This document shows, piece after piece, positions 11,823 through 24,925 of a DNA stretch of 64,000 nucleotides. This DNA is from Vicugna vicugna. Taxonomy: Eukaryota. Made by a program: the position numbers and the translations under genes. The DNA lies in NCBI GenBank assembly GCA_013265495.1, contig MU060042.1, positions 5,576,258 through 5,640,257 of the forward strand, given 5' to 3'. Numbering within the stretch: the first letter of the stretch is position 1; each line of letters begins with the position of its first letter. The notes under the pieces are model-generated. The model was not told the DNA's origin. It was given only the letters and a program-made list of their open reading frames with translations, and made no database searches.

Positions 11823-14514
11823 TTTTTAACTAGCTGCAGCTGTGCTGAGTTCCTGGGGGTCTCGTCAGTGCAACTGCAGGAAACAGCATCACAGAGCTCT
11901 GCCCTGGAAGCAAAGAGCCTGCTGGGAGCCCCAGACAGCGCCAGGCCCCCGAAACCCCAAGCTGCCCCTCCGGGTCCGCCGGGCTTCATCCTGCAGCACG
12001 CTTTCTCCAACGCCTCCACCATAAACGCCACCATCAAAAGCGCTGGTGTCTGAACTGCAGGTCGGGGCAGACAAGCCAGTGAGCAGCTGGGAAAGAGGAA
12101 ATGGAAACAAGGCCGGTGGAAACAGGATGTTCAGGGGAAGGGCAGCCAATGGGTCTGACCCGGGCCCTCGCTCGCCCCGTGAGACGTCTTGCACTCACCT
12201 CACAGGCAGCGAACGTGGCCGGGAGCCCTCCCTTTGAAAGGGGGAGACAGCCACGCATCGCCACACGAGCACACCGGAGCTCACATTCAGAAGCTCTGGA
12301 GACGCCAAAGGGCCTTTTTACGCCATCGAGGAGGGCCAGCAGTTGCCCAGAGTGGGGCCAGAGGGGAAGGCGTCTGGGTTGAAGCTGTGAAGGCTGCTGG
12401 GCACGTGGGGAGGCGGACAAGAAGACGGGGGGAGGCCGCCCCCAGGGCCCTCAGGAGCACGTCCCAGATGAGCCCCCAGGACGCTGGCCGTGCCAGAGGG
12501 CAGTCTGGGCCTCCGGGTCGCGGTTCTCACCTGGGCACGGGGACCTCAGGTCAACACTCAGCAACACGTGCCCAAGTGACTCACACTCCACCCAGAAGGG
12601 AGGTACTGGGAAGCCAGGCCCTGCACCTTTACCCTCTTCCACATCCACAGCCAGAGGCGGAACGGGCATGGGGGGCCCTAATTTAGAAGGTGTGTCTCTG
12701 TGGGGCACAAGCTAGAAGAACACAGGCCTTCCCTGGGCATGCACCACGAAAGGAAAAGGGTATTTTCAAAGCAAAATGCCTCCGAGTCCCTCCACTAAAG
12801 GAGAAGCCCTTCTGTGGAGACCGGTCCCACAGCCGCCTCCTGAAGCCTTCACAGAGATGGCCCTAGTCACCGTGCGTCTAACGTCACACTGCGGCGAAAG
12901 GGAGGGTCCTGAAATACTTATATGAACACAAGGTGAGACTTAACCAGCGGTGACTGCTTCAGCTCCCTGCATCATCGTATTGCTGCTAAGCCGGAATCCT
13001 CTCAGTGTTTCACAGGCTGCAGCTCCCAGCGGGGCATCGTTGCGCCCCTGGCTTCTCCCGTGAAGGTTGCCTGTCGTTTACTATGTGGTGGATGTGCAAT
13101 TGGAAACTATATGGAAAGGTAAAAAAAAAATTCACATTTTACACTGGGGTTTTTTCCCTCAGTGCATTAGTGACATGAAGATAACACTAGATTTGTTGAA
13201 AGGTCTCAGAAAACATTTTTCTTCCTCCCCAAAGATTTCTGTAATTACACAGGGTCAAAACATAGAAACTGTAGCTGCGCTAACCCTTCCACTCCACGCT
13301 GTGCCATTCCGGGCGGTTTTTCACCGTCATCTTGACACGGTTCCGATGCTAAACACACCACTCGGTCCTTCTCGAAGGCAGAACTAGAACCTCTCCAAAG
13401 GAAGAGGAGCTGGCGGTCCCACCCAGCAGCAGGCTGGTCTTTGCGCTGGGGGAGCTCTGTGGGGGGACATGCTGCGCATACCCCTAATTAGCATTAATGA
13501 GAGTCACACACGCGTGTCCAAAATCAGGCCCCATGATGCTGAAGTTAATGCGGGGTAAATTATAGCACGGGGAGTGTCAGTGCTTCTCAAAATGAATGAA
13601 GCAAGCTGCGGGGTTCTATTGGCAATACAAGCGTTAGACCCGCGGCAGGTGCCCACGCCGTGGGCCAGCTCACCCTTCCCTGCTGGGCGGCCGGCCTGAC
13701 TGGGGTCGGCGGTCAGCGTTGGCATCACGGCCCCGGGGCAGACAGAGGAGCGAGCTTTCAGCTCAGAGCCCCTTGACCTGCAGGGCACCCCATGCCCCAG
13801 CCTGACCTGTTCCAACACCTCCCAGTCTCCCTGCTGGGAGCCAGTCAAAGCCCTTGACTTCAAGGTCACTGCTAACAGCTGGAGTTTTGTCCTGCCCACC
13901 CCTAGGATAGGATCCGCAGTCCAATACACACCAACCAAAGTGGGCGGGGGGTGCCCCGAGCACAGCCCTGGGTGCGGCCAGGTGCAGGCAGGTTGGAGCG
14001 AGGGGCGCTGCCCGAGGCCCTCAGCTCAGTCCTTCACAGGAAGCCCCTGGGGCGGGGGTGGAGGAAGCACACGGAGCCCGCAGCCTTCTCACTGACGCCG
14101 GCAGCTCTGGGTGAGCCGGACCCCTTCTCCCTGCCCTGGGAGATACTCAAGGCCGCTCGCAGACACCCAGGCCTTGTGGGGTGGGGGTCGTGGAGACATG
14201 CAGTCAATTGGCGTAAACCCAACAGAGAAGAGACAGAGGCGCAGCCACATGTTTTCTTCTCGGGAGTTAGTGGCCATGTTGCTTGAAAAGGTTCGAGAGT
14301 GGCCAGAGACGCAGACAAACCCGCGCTCAGACGGGGCCCAAACCCTCCTGGGCGGTTAGCAGCCCCAAAACACTCCCAGCATCTCCTTCTGGCAAGACGT
14401 TGACAGAAACGCTCCGCTGTCACCCACGCCAACAGGTCGCCTCGGCCTCGGTCGCTTCCACTCCAGACTCCTTTAGAAGAGCAGAGAGGTGAACAAAGAA
14501 GGGGCCGCCCTTTC

Positions 14515-14535
14515 GGGAAGGGGAGGGGGGTGGGG
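14515..14535 (+). other. Predicted G-quadruplex
   Basis: gggaaggggaggggggtgggg: four G-runs of 3 or more with 1-2 nt loops. Confidence 0.6.
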
Positions 14536-16146
14536 TGCAGATGTGACTGCGGGTGAGGACGGTGTGGTCTAAATACCCCGTCACTCTGTCCATCGCTCTC
14601 CTTGGAAGGTGTGTCATGGGGATAGGTTCATTCACTCAGCAGAGTCTCCTTCGCCCGCAGGGCCCTGGCACCCCCGGGCGAGGCCCACCCCCAGCGCAAA
14701 GCACAGAGTAAAGCGAAGACAAGAGCTTAGTCTGGAAGGTCTGTGTCCAAGAAGGCACCCCAGGGCCCGTCCTGGCAGGAGGGAGGTGGACAGAGGGCCC
14801 GGCGCACAGAAAGGGCTGCCCATCAAAGCCTTCAAGGCCGACGCAGACCCCTCACCGTCCTGATGCAGGCTCAACTCAGAGCCCATGGTCAGCGGTTTCT
14901 GGGTCACCCTCACCCGTCTCCTGACATTTCCAGGGTTGTACGTTGTTCCCCGAACCAGGGAACTTCAGAGTTTGCCAAGCACCAAGAGAGGAATGGCTGT
15001 GTGTGAAATAAACAGGCACATTTGCTGAGACTCCAGAACTGAGTGCCTCCCATCCTCGGGAAGGAGCCAGGGTGGGGGCAAACCAAAGTGCCGTGTCGTC
15101 TGGTGTCTCCACGGAAGTCCTAGGGCCAGAAGGATGCCGCGAGCCTGGCCCACGGTGTCTGCTCTGTCCATTCTCTTCCCTTCGTTTTCCCCCTTTGCTG
15201 GGAACTGGTCATGAAATAGGGGGCTGTCACCTGCCACCCAGTGAGATATCGGGGCGCCCTGGGTCCCGGGCGTGGGGGACGTGGGCGTGTGTGCGGAGGC
15301 AGCAGGCCGGCCCCACGCAGTCGGTCAAGGAGGAACTGGGCACCGTGCGGAGCAGCAGCGGGCAGGGCCGGAGGTGAGCCACCTGCGTCTGCCAGGCTGA
15401 TGGGGAGGACAGGACGAGGTCCCCGCCAGTCAGGGTCACTGCACACGAGCAGACAGAACGCAAGCATCGTGGAGACCAGAAGCTCCCCGCCCCCAGGAAG
15501 GGCCGTCTGTCTGACGGGCTTTCTTTTAACACTATTGATTCTACCCCCAAAGGTCAGGGGTTCCAGGACGGCTTGTTCTCGAGGACTTTGCTAAGCCCGA
15601 GCTCCCCTGACGACTTCCTGCCACGGGCGCTGGCTCAGAGGGTTTTCGCTCCTGGGCTGCTGTTTGATGCCCCCACAGTCACCCCGCCTCCTGGGGGCGA
15701 CGCAGACGAGCCTGCTGCGGGGGTGGGGGGCCAGCTGGACGGTCCGCGTCCTGTGCACGGCTGGGCGCTGGGCTGGTCTTCCTCGTGGGGACCCCCCACA
15801 GTAGAAGCACTAGCATTCGAGACACCTCAGGGCCCCATTTCTGTTGTTGTTTCACTGCAAACACAAATGCCAAAGGCCCGAACCATCCCCGGAAGGCTCC
15901 CGTCTGAAGCCAGTCGTTCTAAAGCGTGTTGCCTCTAGTGAGGCCAGTTCCAGGCAGAACAGCAGAGACCGCAGCTCAGAGCGGGGCCAGGCCAGTCGCC
16001 GGGTCCGAAGGGGCCGCCCCTCACGTTGCTGAAAACTGCAAGCAGAGCTTAGGATGAAGCCCCGGGGCCTCGCCCTGCGCCCCCACGGGTGGGCGCCGCC
16101 CTGCCTGGCCCGGGCCGGACGGGGGAGTCGCCACCTTTACTGACAG

Positions 16147-16259
16147 AGGCTGAAGTGCTGCTTTCTGCGATGGCTGGAGGTCTGGTGAACGATACAACAC
16201 AACGTATTATTTACACGGTGTCCCGCGTACAGAGTATCACAGAACGTTTTGCAGCAGGA
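16147..16259 (+). CDS. Weak candidate exon of the plus-strand model (AEVLLSAMAGGLVNDTTQRIIYTVSRVQSITERFAAG)
   Basis: Acceptor cacctttactgacag| and weak donor GGA|gtgaga; single open frame; ATG at 16170 in a good Kozak context (GCGATGG). Confidence 0.15.
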
Positions 16260-17700
16260 GTGAGACGCGGAGGAAGGAACGTCCGCCAGGCTGGCGAGGG
16301 CTCTCCGGCAGCACGGGTGGAGGCCGCAGGGAGGCGGGAGGCAGCAGGAGGCTGTCTCCCCGTTTCCGTCCCAGCCCACCGTCCTTCAAGGGCCCCAAAG
16401 ACTCCCCTGCAGGGGCCCCTGGGGAGGCAAGCGTGGATGGGGGCCCGCGGTGGGTCCGCTGCCTCGGGGACGCAGCACAGGACCGTGCCCCTGCAATTTG
16501 TCCCATTAAAACAAACACAGAGACAGAACTTCAAAGCCTGAGAGCACCGCCCGGCTCCGTGGGGTCTGTGATTTTGCTGTGGCGCTGGCGTTTATTCTCA
16601 GAGGCAGATCAGATTAATTTTACTGCAGTTGAAAATCATGCAAATATAGTTGAGAAAGAGACAGTTAATTCTTTATTGCCCCTCCACACAGCACAAACGG
16701 CACCTCCAGAGCCAGCTCCGCCAGGCGTGTTTAGTGTTATTCCGCTATACAGTGCATCACGATGTTAATTTTCCACATTACTTTATTCCTTCTCCAGACC
16801 ATATTTTACAACAGACAAAACAAACTGCTTGTAATTACACTGCATGCCAGGACAAATTAAGTAAACACGCATTTTTAATGCTTCGGGCTGTTAGGGAGAA
16901 AACAAAGGACTCGGTTAAGGTCAATATTAGAGTCATGCGATGGCCCAGGGACACAAGAGACAAGCCTGGATTGAACGTGGGCAGGAGGAAACGGCCACGC
17001 TCAGTGCCGCAGAGCGAGGGCCTCCCAACGGATGGACTGCCAGTGAGGCCGGGACATTTTTCCTCTTTTATATTCATTTTTTTGGAGATTCATGCTAATG
17101 CCAATAATAAAAAATTATAACAAACTAACAGGAAAATCCGTTGAGTCATTAGCAGGGACAGAAGTCAGATGAAGGAAGCCGGCTGTCTCCCACACCTGCC
17201 TCTGAAGCTCGCAGCTAAGCAAACACATGTCATCGATCCAACACCCAGATGTGAACAGATACAAGCTTTTCTTTCTCATTCCTTCCTGCAAAATAGGACT
17301 TGACCGCCACACTGAACGTTCAGAATTGAGGAAATGCGGAACTGAGAGGGGGTTCCGGGGGCAGGAATGCTTCTAATGAGCCAATGCAATGGAAAAGAAC
17401 ATGGCCCATGTCCAGCAAGGCTGGGCAGGACCAGAAATAAGTGTTTCTGCTTCTCCACCCCCCGCCCCCCAATGGCAGCCACACAGAGGCTGGACACGGG
17501 CGCACAAATGGTGCCGGGACGCAAACCCTCGGCGGTACCGAGCCGCTGATGAGAGCCCGTGCAGAGTGGCCGGGCCTTTGGGGGCTGTGTCTGAGCACTC
17601 GGCCTCTGTTGGCCGCCCCGAAACATGTGCCCTTGGCTTCCCCGTAAGACAGAAATGTTCAACTTCTTGATTTCAGGAACTTCCTATACATCATCAGGTA

Positions 17701-17880
17701 CGTCCACACTCGTAACTCACAGACTCTGTATTTGCAAACTCGCCTGCTCCCTAAAATGTGTCTCACCTCAGTTCAGTGCTCAGAACCGCGTGGTCCTTCC
17801 CGGGGACAGGCACGGAGAGGGGAAAGTCTGAGATGCCGAGGTGCCCGGCTCAGCTGACAGACAAGCGCCTGTCTGACCTG
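17701..17880 (+). mobile_element. Tigger4/Zombi-like TcMar DNA transposon fragment
   Basis: 'cagactctgtatttgcaaactcgcctgctccctaaaatgt' closely resembles the Tigger4 5' end (ggattccgtatttgcgaattcgcctactcgctaaaattt). It is preceded by TA at 17699-17700. Confidence 0.6.
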
Positions 17881-18314
17881 GCTCCACATCTCCTCTGCCA
17901 TCCCCCGGGTTCTCCAACACAAGGACGTAGGCGTGAAGAGTGGTCAGGGTGGAGAGACAGCCCTTCCGGAACGACTCCCGCGGGGCGGTAACCTAGCTGC
18001 GGTCACCGTCCCGTCGGCCAAAACCCCCTTCCAGGCTCCTGCGCTGGTTATGGACGGGAGCGCCGGAGCTCCCAGTGCCCCGCGGAGAAGACACAGCTCA
18101 CACTCCCCAATCCTGCCCCGGCACCACCCAGCCATCCCAGGACCTGAGCACCACCCACCTCCTGCGGAGGCCATGTCGTTCCAGGTGGCACACCCGAATG
18201 CACATCAGCTGGTCCCACAGCCTTCTGCTACTTAATTCCTCCTCCTGAGATGCAGGATTTGGGGAATGAACCAGTACCCAAACCGGATAACATGCCGCTA
18301 AATCAGCTCAACCC

Positions 18315-18471
18315 CACATACTCATGCACCTCTATGTGCACACGCACATGCATGGGGCACGCACGCACATACACACATGCACACACACATACACATATAC
18401 ACGTACACACATATTCACACACATGCACACACATTGTGCACCACAAACACGCGCACACACACTTACACACA
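18315..18471. repeat. Degenerate (CA)n microsatellite
   Basis: Directly visible CA/CATA/CACG-rich run. Confidence 0.9.
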
Positions 18472-20149
18472 GTTATCTGCCAGAGCTGAGTGACGCTCTG
18501 AGATCCACAGAGGCACAGCCGGCCCGGAACAGCCCTCGGGGCAGCGCAGACCCAGAGAGGCCCCTCAGCATCATGCGGGGGGCAGGGCACACCCGTCTCC
18601 GGGAAACCAGCAGCCCACTTGCGTTCTCGGGGCCTCGCTCAGCCTTGCTTTGCTGCTTACAGCCTCACTGTCCTGGCGTGCACAGAAATGCTTTACCAGG
18701 AAAATAATTTCAGAATTCTTTTAATAAAAGACTCTGCCAAAGACCGGCACGCCTGGAAGTGCACCACACACACACCTGATACAATCTCAGGGCTACCGCC
18801 AAGGGCAGCCATGGGGACCAGCCAGCCGGGCTGCCTCCGCCTACAGAGGAGGAGGACGTGGCCCCAGACAGTGCGATCAAATACACCGCCGCCTGGACCA
18901 CCTTCTTCTCTGGAGCTGTCCTCTGGGAAGGTCTCTGCACATTCAGCGAGGAGATAGAATCAGAGTTTCCTGGGCGTGGAGCAAGAGCAGATTCAGCGGG
19001 TCATCGGTGCGGGCAAGACAGAGCTCCAGCCTGAGCCGCGTGGGGCCGCTCACCCCATGCCGTTATCCAAGGACAAGAGGCTCACAAAGACTGCGGGCCG
19101 TGTTCCCATCTGCCAGCCCCCTCAGGTGAGACAGAAACACGAGCACTTGTCCCCAGGAAAGCCACCAAGAGTGGAGTCTCTGGAGCAGATCTGAGCTGTG
19201 CCCCAGGGACCTGGGGGGAACCCGAGGCCTGTTTCAGCTTCGGGGGGACTTGGTGCCACAGACGCTCAGAGACGAAGAGCCCCCCCAGGACACACCAGGT
19301 TGGGGCCTCTCATTCTGAACCTGACCCCGTGCATGCACACAGCCCCTCCCCACCCGTCCCCCCGCCTGAGCCCCCGAGAACCTCACGCCTTGTGTCTGGT
19401 GCACAGGGTCCTGGGCATCTCACAGCCGAGTCTTTGTGAAGCTGCCTCAGCCTCCATGGGTGCGTCTGGTCCTGGGAAAGGAGCAGCTGGCACCCACCCG
19501 AGAGCCAGGGCAGAGCTCCACGTCCCTGGCCCTGGCGCCCCAGCGAGGAGCCCGCCCATGCCTTCTGCATCCCGCACCAGCCAGACACCGCTCCTGTCTG
19601 TCACCCGGCCTCTTTGTGACTTCCAGCTTCTCTCTCTTTCAGACCATCCACTCCTTGGCACTGTGGACGTCTCTCATTTATCCCTCTGTTTCCAAGACCA
19701 AGAGCAGCAGTGGGCTTGGGAGGAGTGAGGGTGTGGGAGAACCAGGGCCTCCCCGCCGCCTCTGGGCGAAGCCGAGTGCCGGAAACCAGGAGGCCGGCTC
19801 GTGGCTCAAGTCAGGTGTCGATTCGCCGTATTCATTACAGTTCTCCGAGGAACGCCGCCAGGCGGGACGTTTAGAGGATTAAGGTCAGGATAAAACTGAG
19901 AAAGAAAAGAGTGAAAAGGGAAGGAAAGGGGGCAGGAGGGAGGCCAAACTGCTGCTCAAAAGCCTGAAAATCTGTCACTGAAAACTGTGTCCGACACGGA
20001 GAGAGAGACGGCAAACACTGCCGCCACCTTCTGAAGTAGGCGTCTGGTACGGAACAGGAGAAAGAAGCTTCCACAGAAAACCCTGTGAGAAAACAGACAG
20101 TACAGAGCAACAGTTCGCACTCAGAAGGCTTCTGCTCTTTAAAGCAGCA

Positions 20150-20736
20150 TTGCCTCTAACTTCTTCCTCTTCCTGAAGCAGAGTCAGTTACGGTGTTGCG
20201 CCAGTTTCTCGCGTGCGGCGTAATGGCTCAGTCACACATACACGTGCCTGTGTTTCTTTCCATGTTCTTTCTCACTATAGGTGACGGTAAGAGACTGAAT
20301 ACAGTTCCCTGTGCTGTGCAGAAGAAACGTGTTGTTCATCTGTTTCATGCACAGTAGTTAGTATCTGAAAGTCCCGAATTCCCAGTTTATCCCTTCCCAC
20401 CCTCCCCTCCCTGGTTACCATAAGTTTGTTTTCTACGTCTGTGAGTCTGTTTCTGTTTTGTAAGTAAGTTCATTTGTGCCTCTTTTTTTAATATTCCACA
20501 TATAAGTGCTATCGTATGGTATTTTTCTTTCNNNNNNNNNNNNNNNNNNNNNNNNNNNNNNNNNNNNNNNNNNNNNNNNNNNNNNNNNNNNNNNNNNNNN
20601 NNNNNNNNNNNNNNNNNNNNNNNNNNNNNNNNNNNNNNNNNNNNNNNNNNNNNNNNNNNNNNNNNNNNNNNNNNNNNNNNNNNNNNNNNNNNNNNNNNNN
20701 NNNNNNNNNNNNNNNNNNNNNNNNNNNNNNTTCTTT
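20150..20736 (-). mobile_element. 5'-truncated L1 3' end (artiodactyl/camelid type), partly N-masked
   Basis: 'tatcccttcccaccctcccctccctggttaccataagtttgttttctacgtctgtgagtctgtttctgttttgtaagtaagttcatttgtg' is the antisense L1 3' UTR. The right flank ttcttt|aaag fits an L1 endonuclease site. Confidence 0.9.
20532..20730. other. N run (199 nt) inside the L1
   Basis: Directly visible. Confidence 0.98.
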
Positions 20737-21213
20737 AAAGGAAAAAAAAGTAAGTTTCCTGAATAAACATGAGATGCAAAATACGATTTGTTTAAATTTG
20801 ATTTACACATGGCTCTTCCAGGGAAGATCCAGTGAGGGTCAGACTGGGACCCCCACACACCAGACACAAGCAGAGAGCGGGGGTGGGGGGCTCGGCCACT
20901 GGACCAGCCTCCACTGGCCTCTGACCGAGCATGTGGGGGAGCCCCACGGCTCCGGAGGGACAGCCCGGGCGGGACTGTGGCTCCCAGGACCCAGGGCCTG
21001 CTGGGAAGACTATTATCGCTCGTAACGTGGCTCCTACACCTTCCAGCTTCCAAGGGGCCAGGGTCTCCAGCCAGGCCCAGGCGGCCTGGACCTCACACAT
21101 CCTTTCAGCGCTTCCGATGGGCAGGCATTCACGTGCTTGTCCAGCCCACACACTGCGGGGCCCCTGTCCCCTCCCAGGCTCACGTCTTCTTAACCCACTT
21201 CTTCCTCCACAAG

Positions 21214-21314
21214 GTAAAACCGGCTGAGGGTCTCCTCTGTGAGGGGCATGCCGTGTGGGGCCAGCCGGGACGCGAGAGGCCCCGCAGCGGCCCCACGGGG
21301 CCGTGGAGCGTCAC
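21214..21314 (+). CDS. Weak candidate exon of the plus-strand model
   Basis: Branch-like cttaac plus acceptor ccacttcttcctccacaag| and donor CAC|gtgaga; phase 0 to 2. Confidence 0.15.
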
Positions 21315-23764
21315 GTGAGACAGCGTGAAACGGGGCTGCTGCACCTCGGGTCGCAGGGCACCCCGTGCCAGCGCGGTCCCTGCAGAGGACACTCACCCTC
21401 ACACACAGAACAGAAACAGCAGGGGTCCGACACACGCCCCCCCACCCCCGTCCGCGCACCCTGGGCTCCGACCGCCTCCATTTCATCCCCGTTTGTCGGT
21501 TTTCATTTCACGTCTACCTGCTGGATGCCTCCACTACTGGGCCGTGACCCAAGCTTTGAAAACCGCTGGTGAGGGGACCTGGGAAGGCTTCCCGGGCGGT
21601 CAGTGCCCTGGGGGTGCTGTGGACAGTACTCGGGCTGTGTGAGAGGAGCCCCGGGGACCCACAGCCCTCCTGTCCACACCCCTCATGACAGACCCGCCAC
21701 GTTTTCTCGGGGCTGTGCGTCTCCGAAGTGGGGGCCTGGTGACCGACCCCTGGAGAGCCCACAGCCTCCCCACTCTCACCAGCTGGCCAGCCAGGGCCTC
21801 GGCCGTGCACACTGGAAACGGGCTGAGGTTATCCGCACAATTCCCGCCTCACAGGTGTGGGAGGGCAGCAGAGAGGACCACGTCTGCAGCGAGACCGGCC
21901 CCCGAACAGCTGCAGCTGGCGGGGTGGCTCTGGAAACCCCCCAGGAGAGGGCGTGACTGTGTCTGTTTAAAACATGGTTACATAAGGACACGATCATCGG
22001 TGACGTTAGCACGTTTCCAGGACTAGCGAAGCGGCCAGACTGGGAGCAGACGCGGCTCTTTGGGTGTCGGGACCATGAGTTTGCTGTGCCCACGGCTCCC
22101 GGAGCGGCTTCTGTTCCTGCCGGAAGCACCTACCGGGTGTCCGGCCCCTCCTCTCGCGGCAGAAGCATCAGGGCCCTCGCCCTGCAGGGGACCTCCACAC
22201 AGTCCTGCTCCCACGGGAGCCAAGGGCGACAGACGCCAAGCCTGAGGGCGTCACTGGGAAGTCACAGTCTCTTTTCACCTGCCACTGAAAAGCAAAGAAG
22301 TTTTCAAAGCCCAAGATCTGGCTCAAATTTTAGCAACCGAATACCTGTGCAGAAAATGATCCTTGTTCATTCAACTGCCCATGTTTTGGGCGACTTCCTA
22401 CTGATCCGCACAGCCGGCTGCTGATTTTGTCCCATGTTGCGTCAAACGACACATGCAGCCACGCGTCCCACTGTGGTCACACACTTCAACGCAATCCATC
22501 AACCGCCTTGAGATTAAAAAGCACTAAATTTCAAGATCCAAGAACTATTTGGCCCTAAGAAAGTATTAACGACATAAAATACATTTTTAAGATTTTTTTC
22601 AAAAGGGAAGAACTTTAAGAACTCTCAGAGGGGAAATGTCCCTTTAGAGGAAACGTCCCAGGCTCACGGAGGCTTTGCGGAGGCTGCGGGGAGAGGACCC
22701 CACCCCGCCTCCCGCGTTTGCCGTCACGCTGTCCCCCGCGCCGATGCCTGGCCGGGGCGAGAGGCCTCCCTCCGTGGGCTCCACTGTCCCCTCACACCTC
22801 CTACAACAGAGGCCGGCCCCCGGAGGCTGCGTGGCCCCTCTGGTCCAACAGGTCCTCACTGAAGCCATCACGGCCCCAGGACCTCGAATTCCATTTTTTA
22901 AAATCGAGTTGCTGTACCCAAGAGTGGTCATGTGCAAATGCTGTCCCGGGGACCCTTTATTGCCTTTCCTTTCCAGAGGTCCTCCCGCCCCTGCGTTCCG
23001 GCCCCTCTGACAAGGTCACTCACTGGAGAGAAGAGGGAGCTATTTATGTTCTTCAGATGTTTACCTTCAGTAAAGACACTTCAAAGAGCGCTTACGGGGC
23101 TCTGCCCTGCCCGGCAAACACTTAAAACTCATGGCTGTGATGGATGGAGCCGCTCCCCAGATTTAATAAATTGAAGCAGTGGCCTGCTCCCTCCCGGGCA
23201 GCCGCCCCTAATGGCCCGCCGCTCACGGGTGGCCGGGCTGCACAGCTTGAGTTCCAGGCGGAGCCGCGGTGACAGCCCAGACCCTTTTTATTTCCTCCCC
23301 GAGTGTCCCGTCTGAGCGGGATGGTCTGTTAATGTTTCCGCCAGAGCAGGCCACAATCTCGACTCGATCTCCCTCTGGGCGGTGATTCCCGTAAAGATTA
23401 CCCGTTCTCCTTCAACAGCGAGTTGCCCAGACGGGTTTGAGGAACATCCTTAGCTGGGGGGAGAATGTAAATACATCTAAACGCTACCTCACCGAACACA
23501 TTAAGCTGCTCGAGGCTTGATGACAGCAGGAGGTCCCAGGAGGATGCCCACGGGGCAGAGCCCTCCAAACAACACAGGTTAAACATTAAACGTTAACCGA
23601 CTTCAGCCGCAGGGGGCCTGGGGGGCCACGGGCTCGGGGGCCTCATTCGGGCAAGAAACAGCATCGCCTCTCGACGCCCGTGTTCACCGTGGTGCCTGCG
23701 TCGAGTTAGAACCTGGGCCCCCGACTCAGGACCCCCACTCACTCGTCTTCATACGCGTTATGTT

Positions 23765-23850
23765 ATTTACCACTTTTAAAAGCAGAGGAGCTGAGGTGGG
23801 GGGAGGTTAGGCCTCTCGGCCGGGGTCTCTCAGCAGACGGACAGCTCAGC
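23765..23850 (-). mobile_element. Degenerate MIR
   Basis: 'ccacttttaaaagcagaggagctgaggtgggggaggttagg' resembles the antisense MIR core (cccattttacagatgaggaaactgaggc...aggttaag). Confidence 0.4.
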
Positions 23851-24284
23851 CGGGAACGCGCTCTCCGATGGCGGCCGCCGCGTCCTCCGCACGAGGATGG
23901 CTCAGACAAGGCGGCACGCCCACCGACCACGCACTGCGGGACGTGACAGTGTCACTGCTGACTCAGCCCGTGAGGCTGGCAGGCCCGTTCCCCACGGGGA
24001 CAGCGCCCGTAAAACGCTCAGGAGCGGAGAGGGCGGCAGGTTGCTGCAACAGTAAAGAATTCTGAAAGGGGTCTGTCATTTGCAAACTGTGCTGGCCTGC
24101 AGTGGAAGTTAGCGCACAGCCACAGCCACAAACGAAGGGTCTCATGGAGGAGGCTTCTGCCAACTGCAGCCCCCGGGAGGACAGGGTGGCACGTGGCAAG
24201 GACCACAGCAGACCCCCAGGAGGGGCCAGTCAGTCACACCCTCTGATGCCTGCGCATCGAGGGGCAACAGGAAAAGTCCATTCA

Positions 24285-24313
24285 TGTGTCTGTGTGTGTG
24301 TCTGTGTGTCTGT
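24285..24313. repeat. (GT)n/(GTCT) microsatellite
   Basis: Directly visible. Confidence 0.8.
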
Positions 24314-24925
24314 CCTCCACCGCAGATTCATTTTGCGACCGTCAAATATAAGCACAAGGGTAGTAAGTGAACTGTAACTTCCTGTGGTTTGAGCTCACCA
24401 GGAAAGGCAGAGCTCCCTGGGAGCGTGGGGCGGCGGGTCGCGCACCCGCTGCAGGTGTGTTTGAAGGAAGCACAGGCTGTAGCATCACAGGTAAATGAGG
24501 AGGTGTCAAGATGAGCTTGAAACTGAAATCCAAATTCCACTAAAATGCTCATCCCACACTTAACGAAATGAAGCATGTCCTGAGCATTCAGCTGAGAACA
24601 CCTGTGTTGGGGAGTCTTTAGGAAAACACGGGCGGCCCCTCCCCAAAGGGCTGCTGGTTCAGATGTGCAGAGGCAGGAAGGACTCGTGACTGCCGTGTCC
24701 TCAGGCCAAGTCAGGCGGGAAGGGGTGGAGCAAGGTCCCGCCAGGCGAGGGCACAGAGCGGCCCCGGGAGCACAGCAGCGCCAAGTCCAGCAACGTGACA
24801 CAGGTGCACGTGGATTACAGATACATACACATATGTTTTCAGATTCTTTTCAATCATAGCTTATTAAAAGAAACACTTTTTAATAAAGCAGAATTTCCTC
24901 ATCTGCACCTGAAGCACCAAAGCGG

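Noticed and set aside
18324-18707. His/Thr-rich and Cys/Val-rich ORFs
   Set aside because: Translations of the (CA)n/(TG)n microsatellite.
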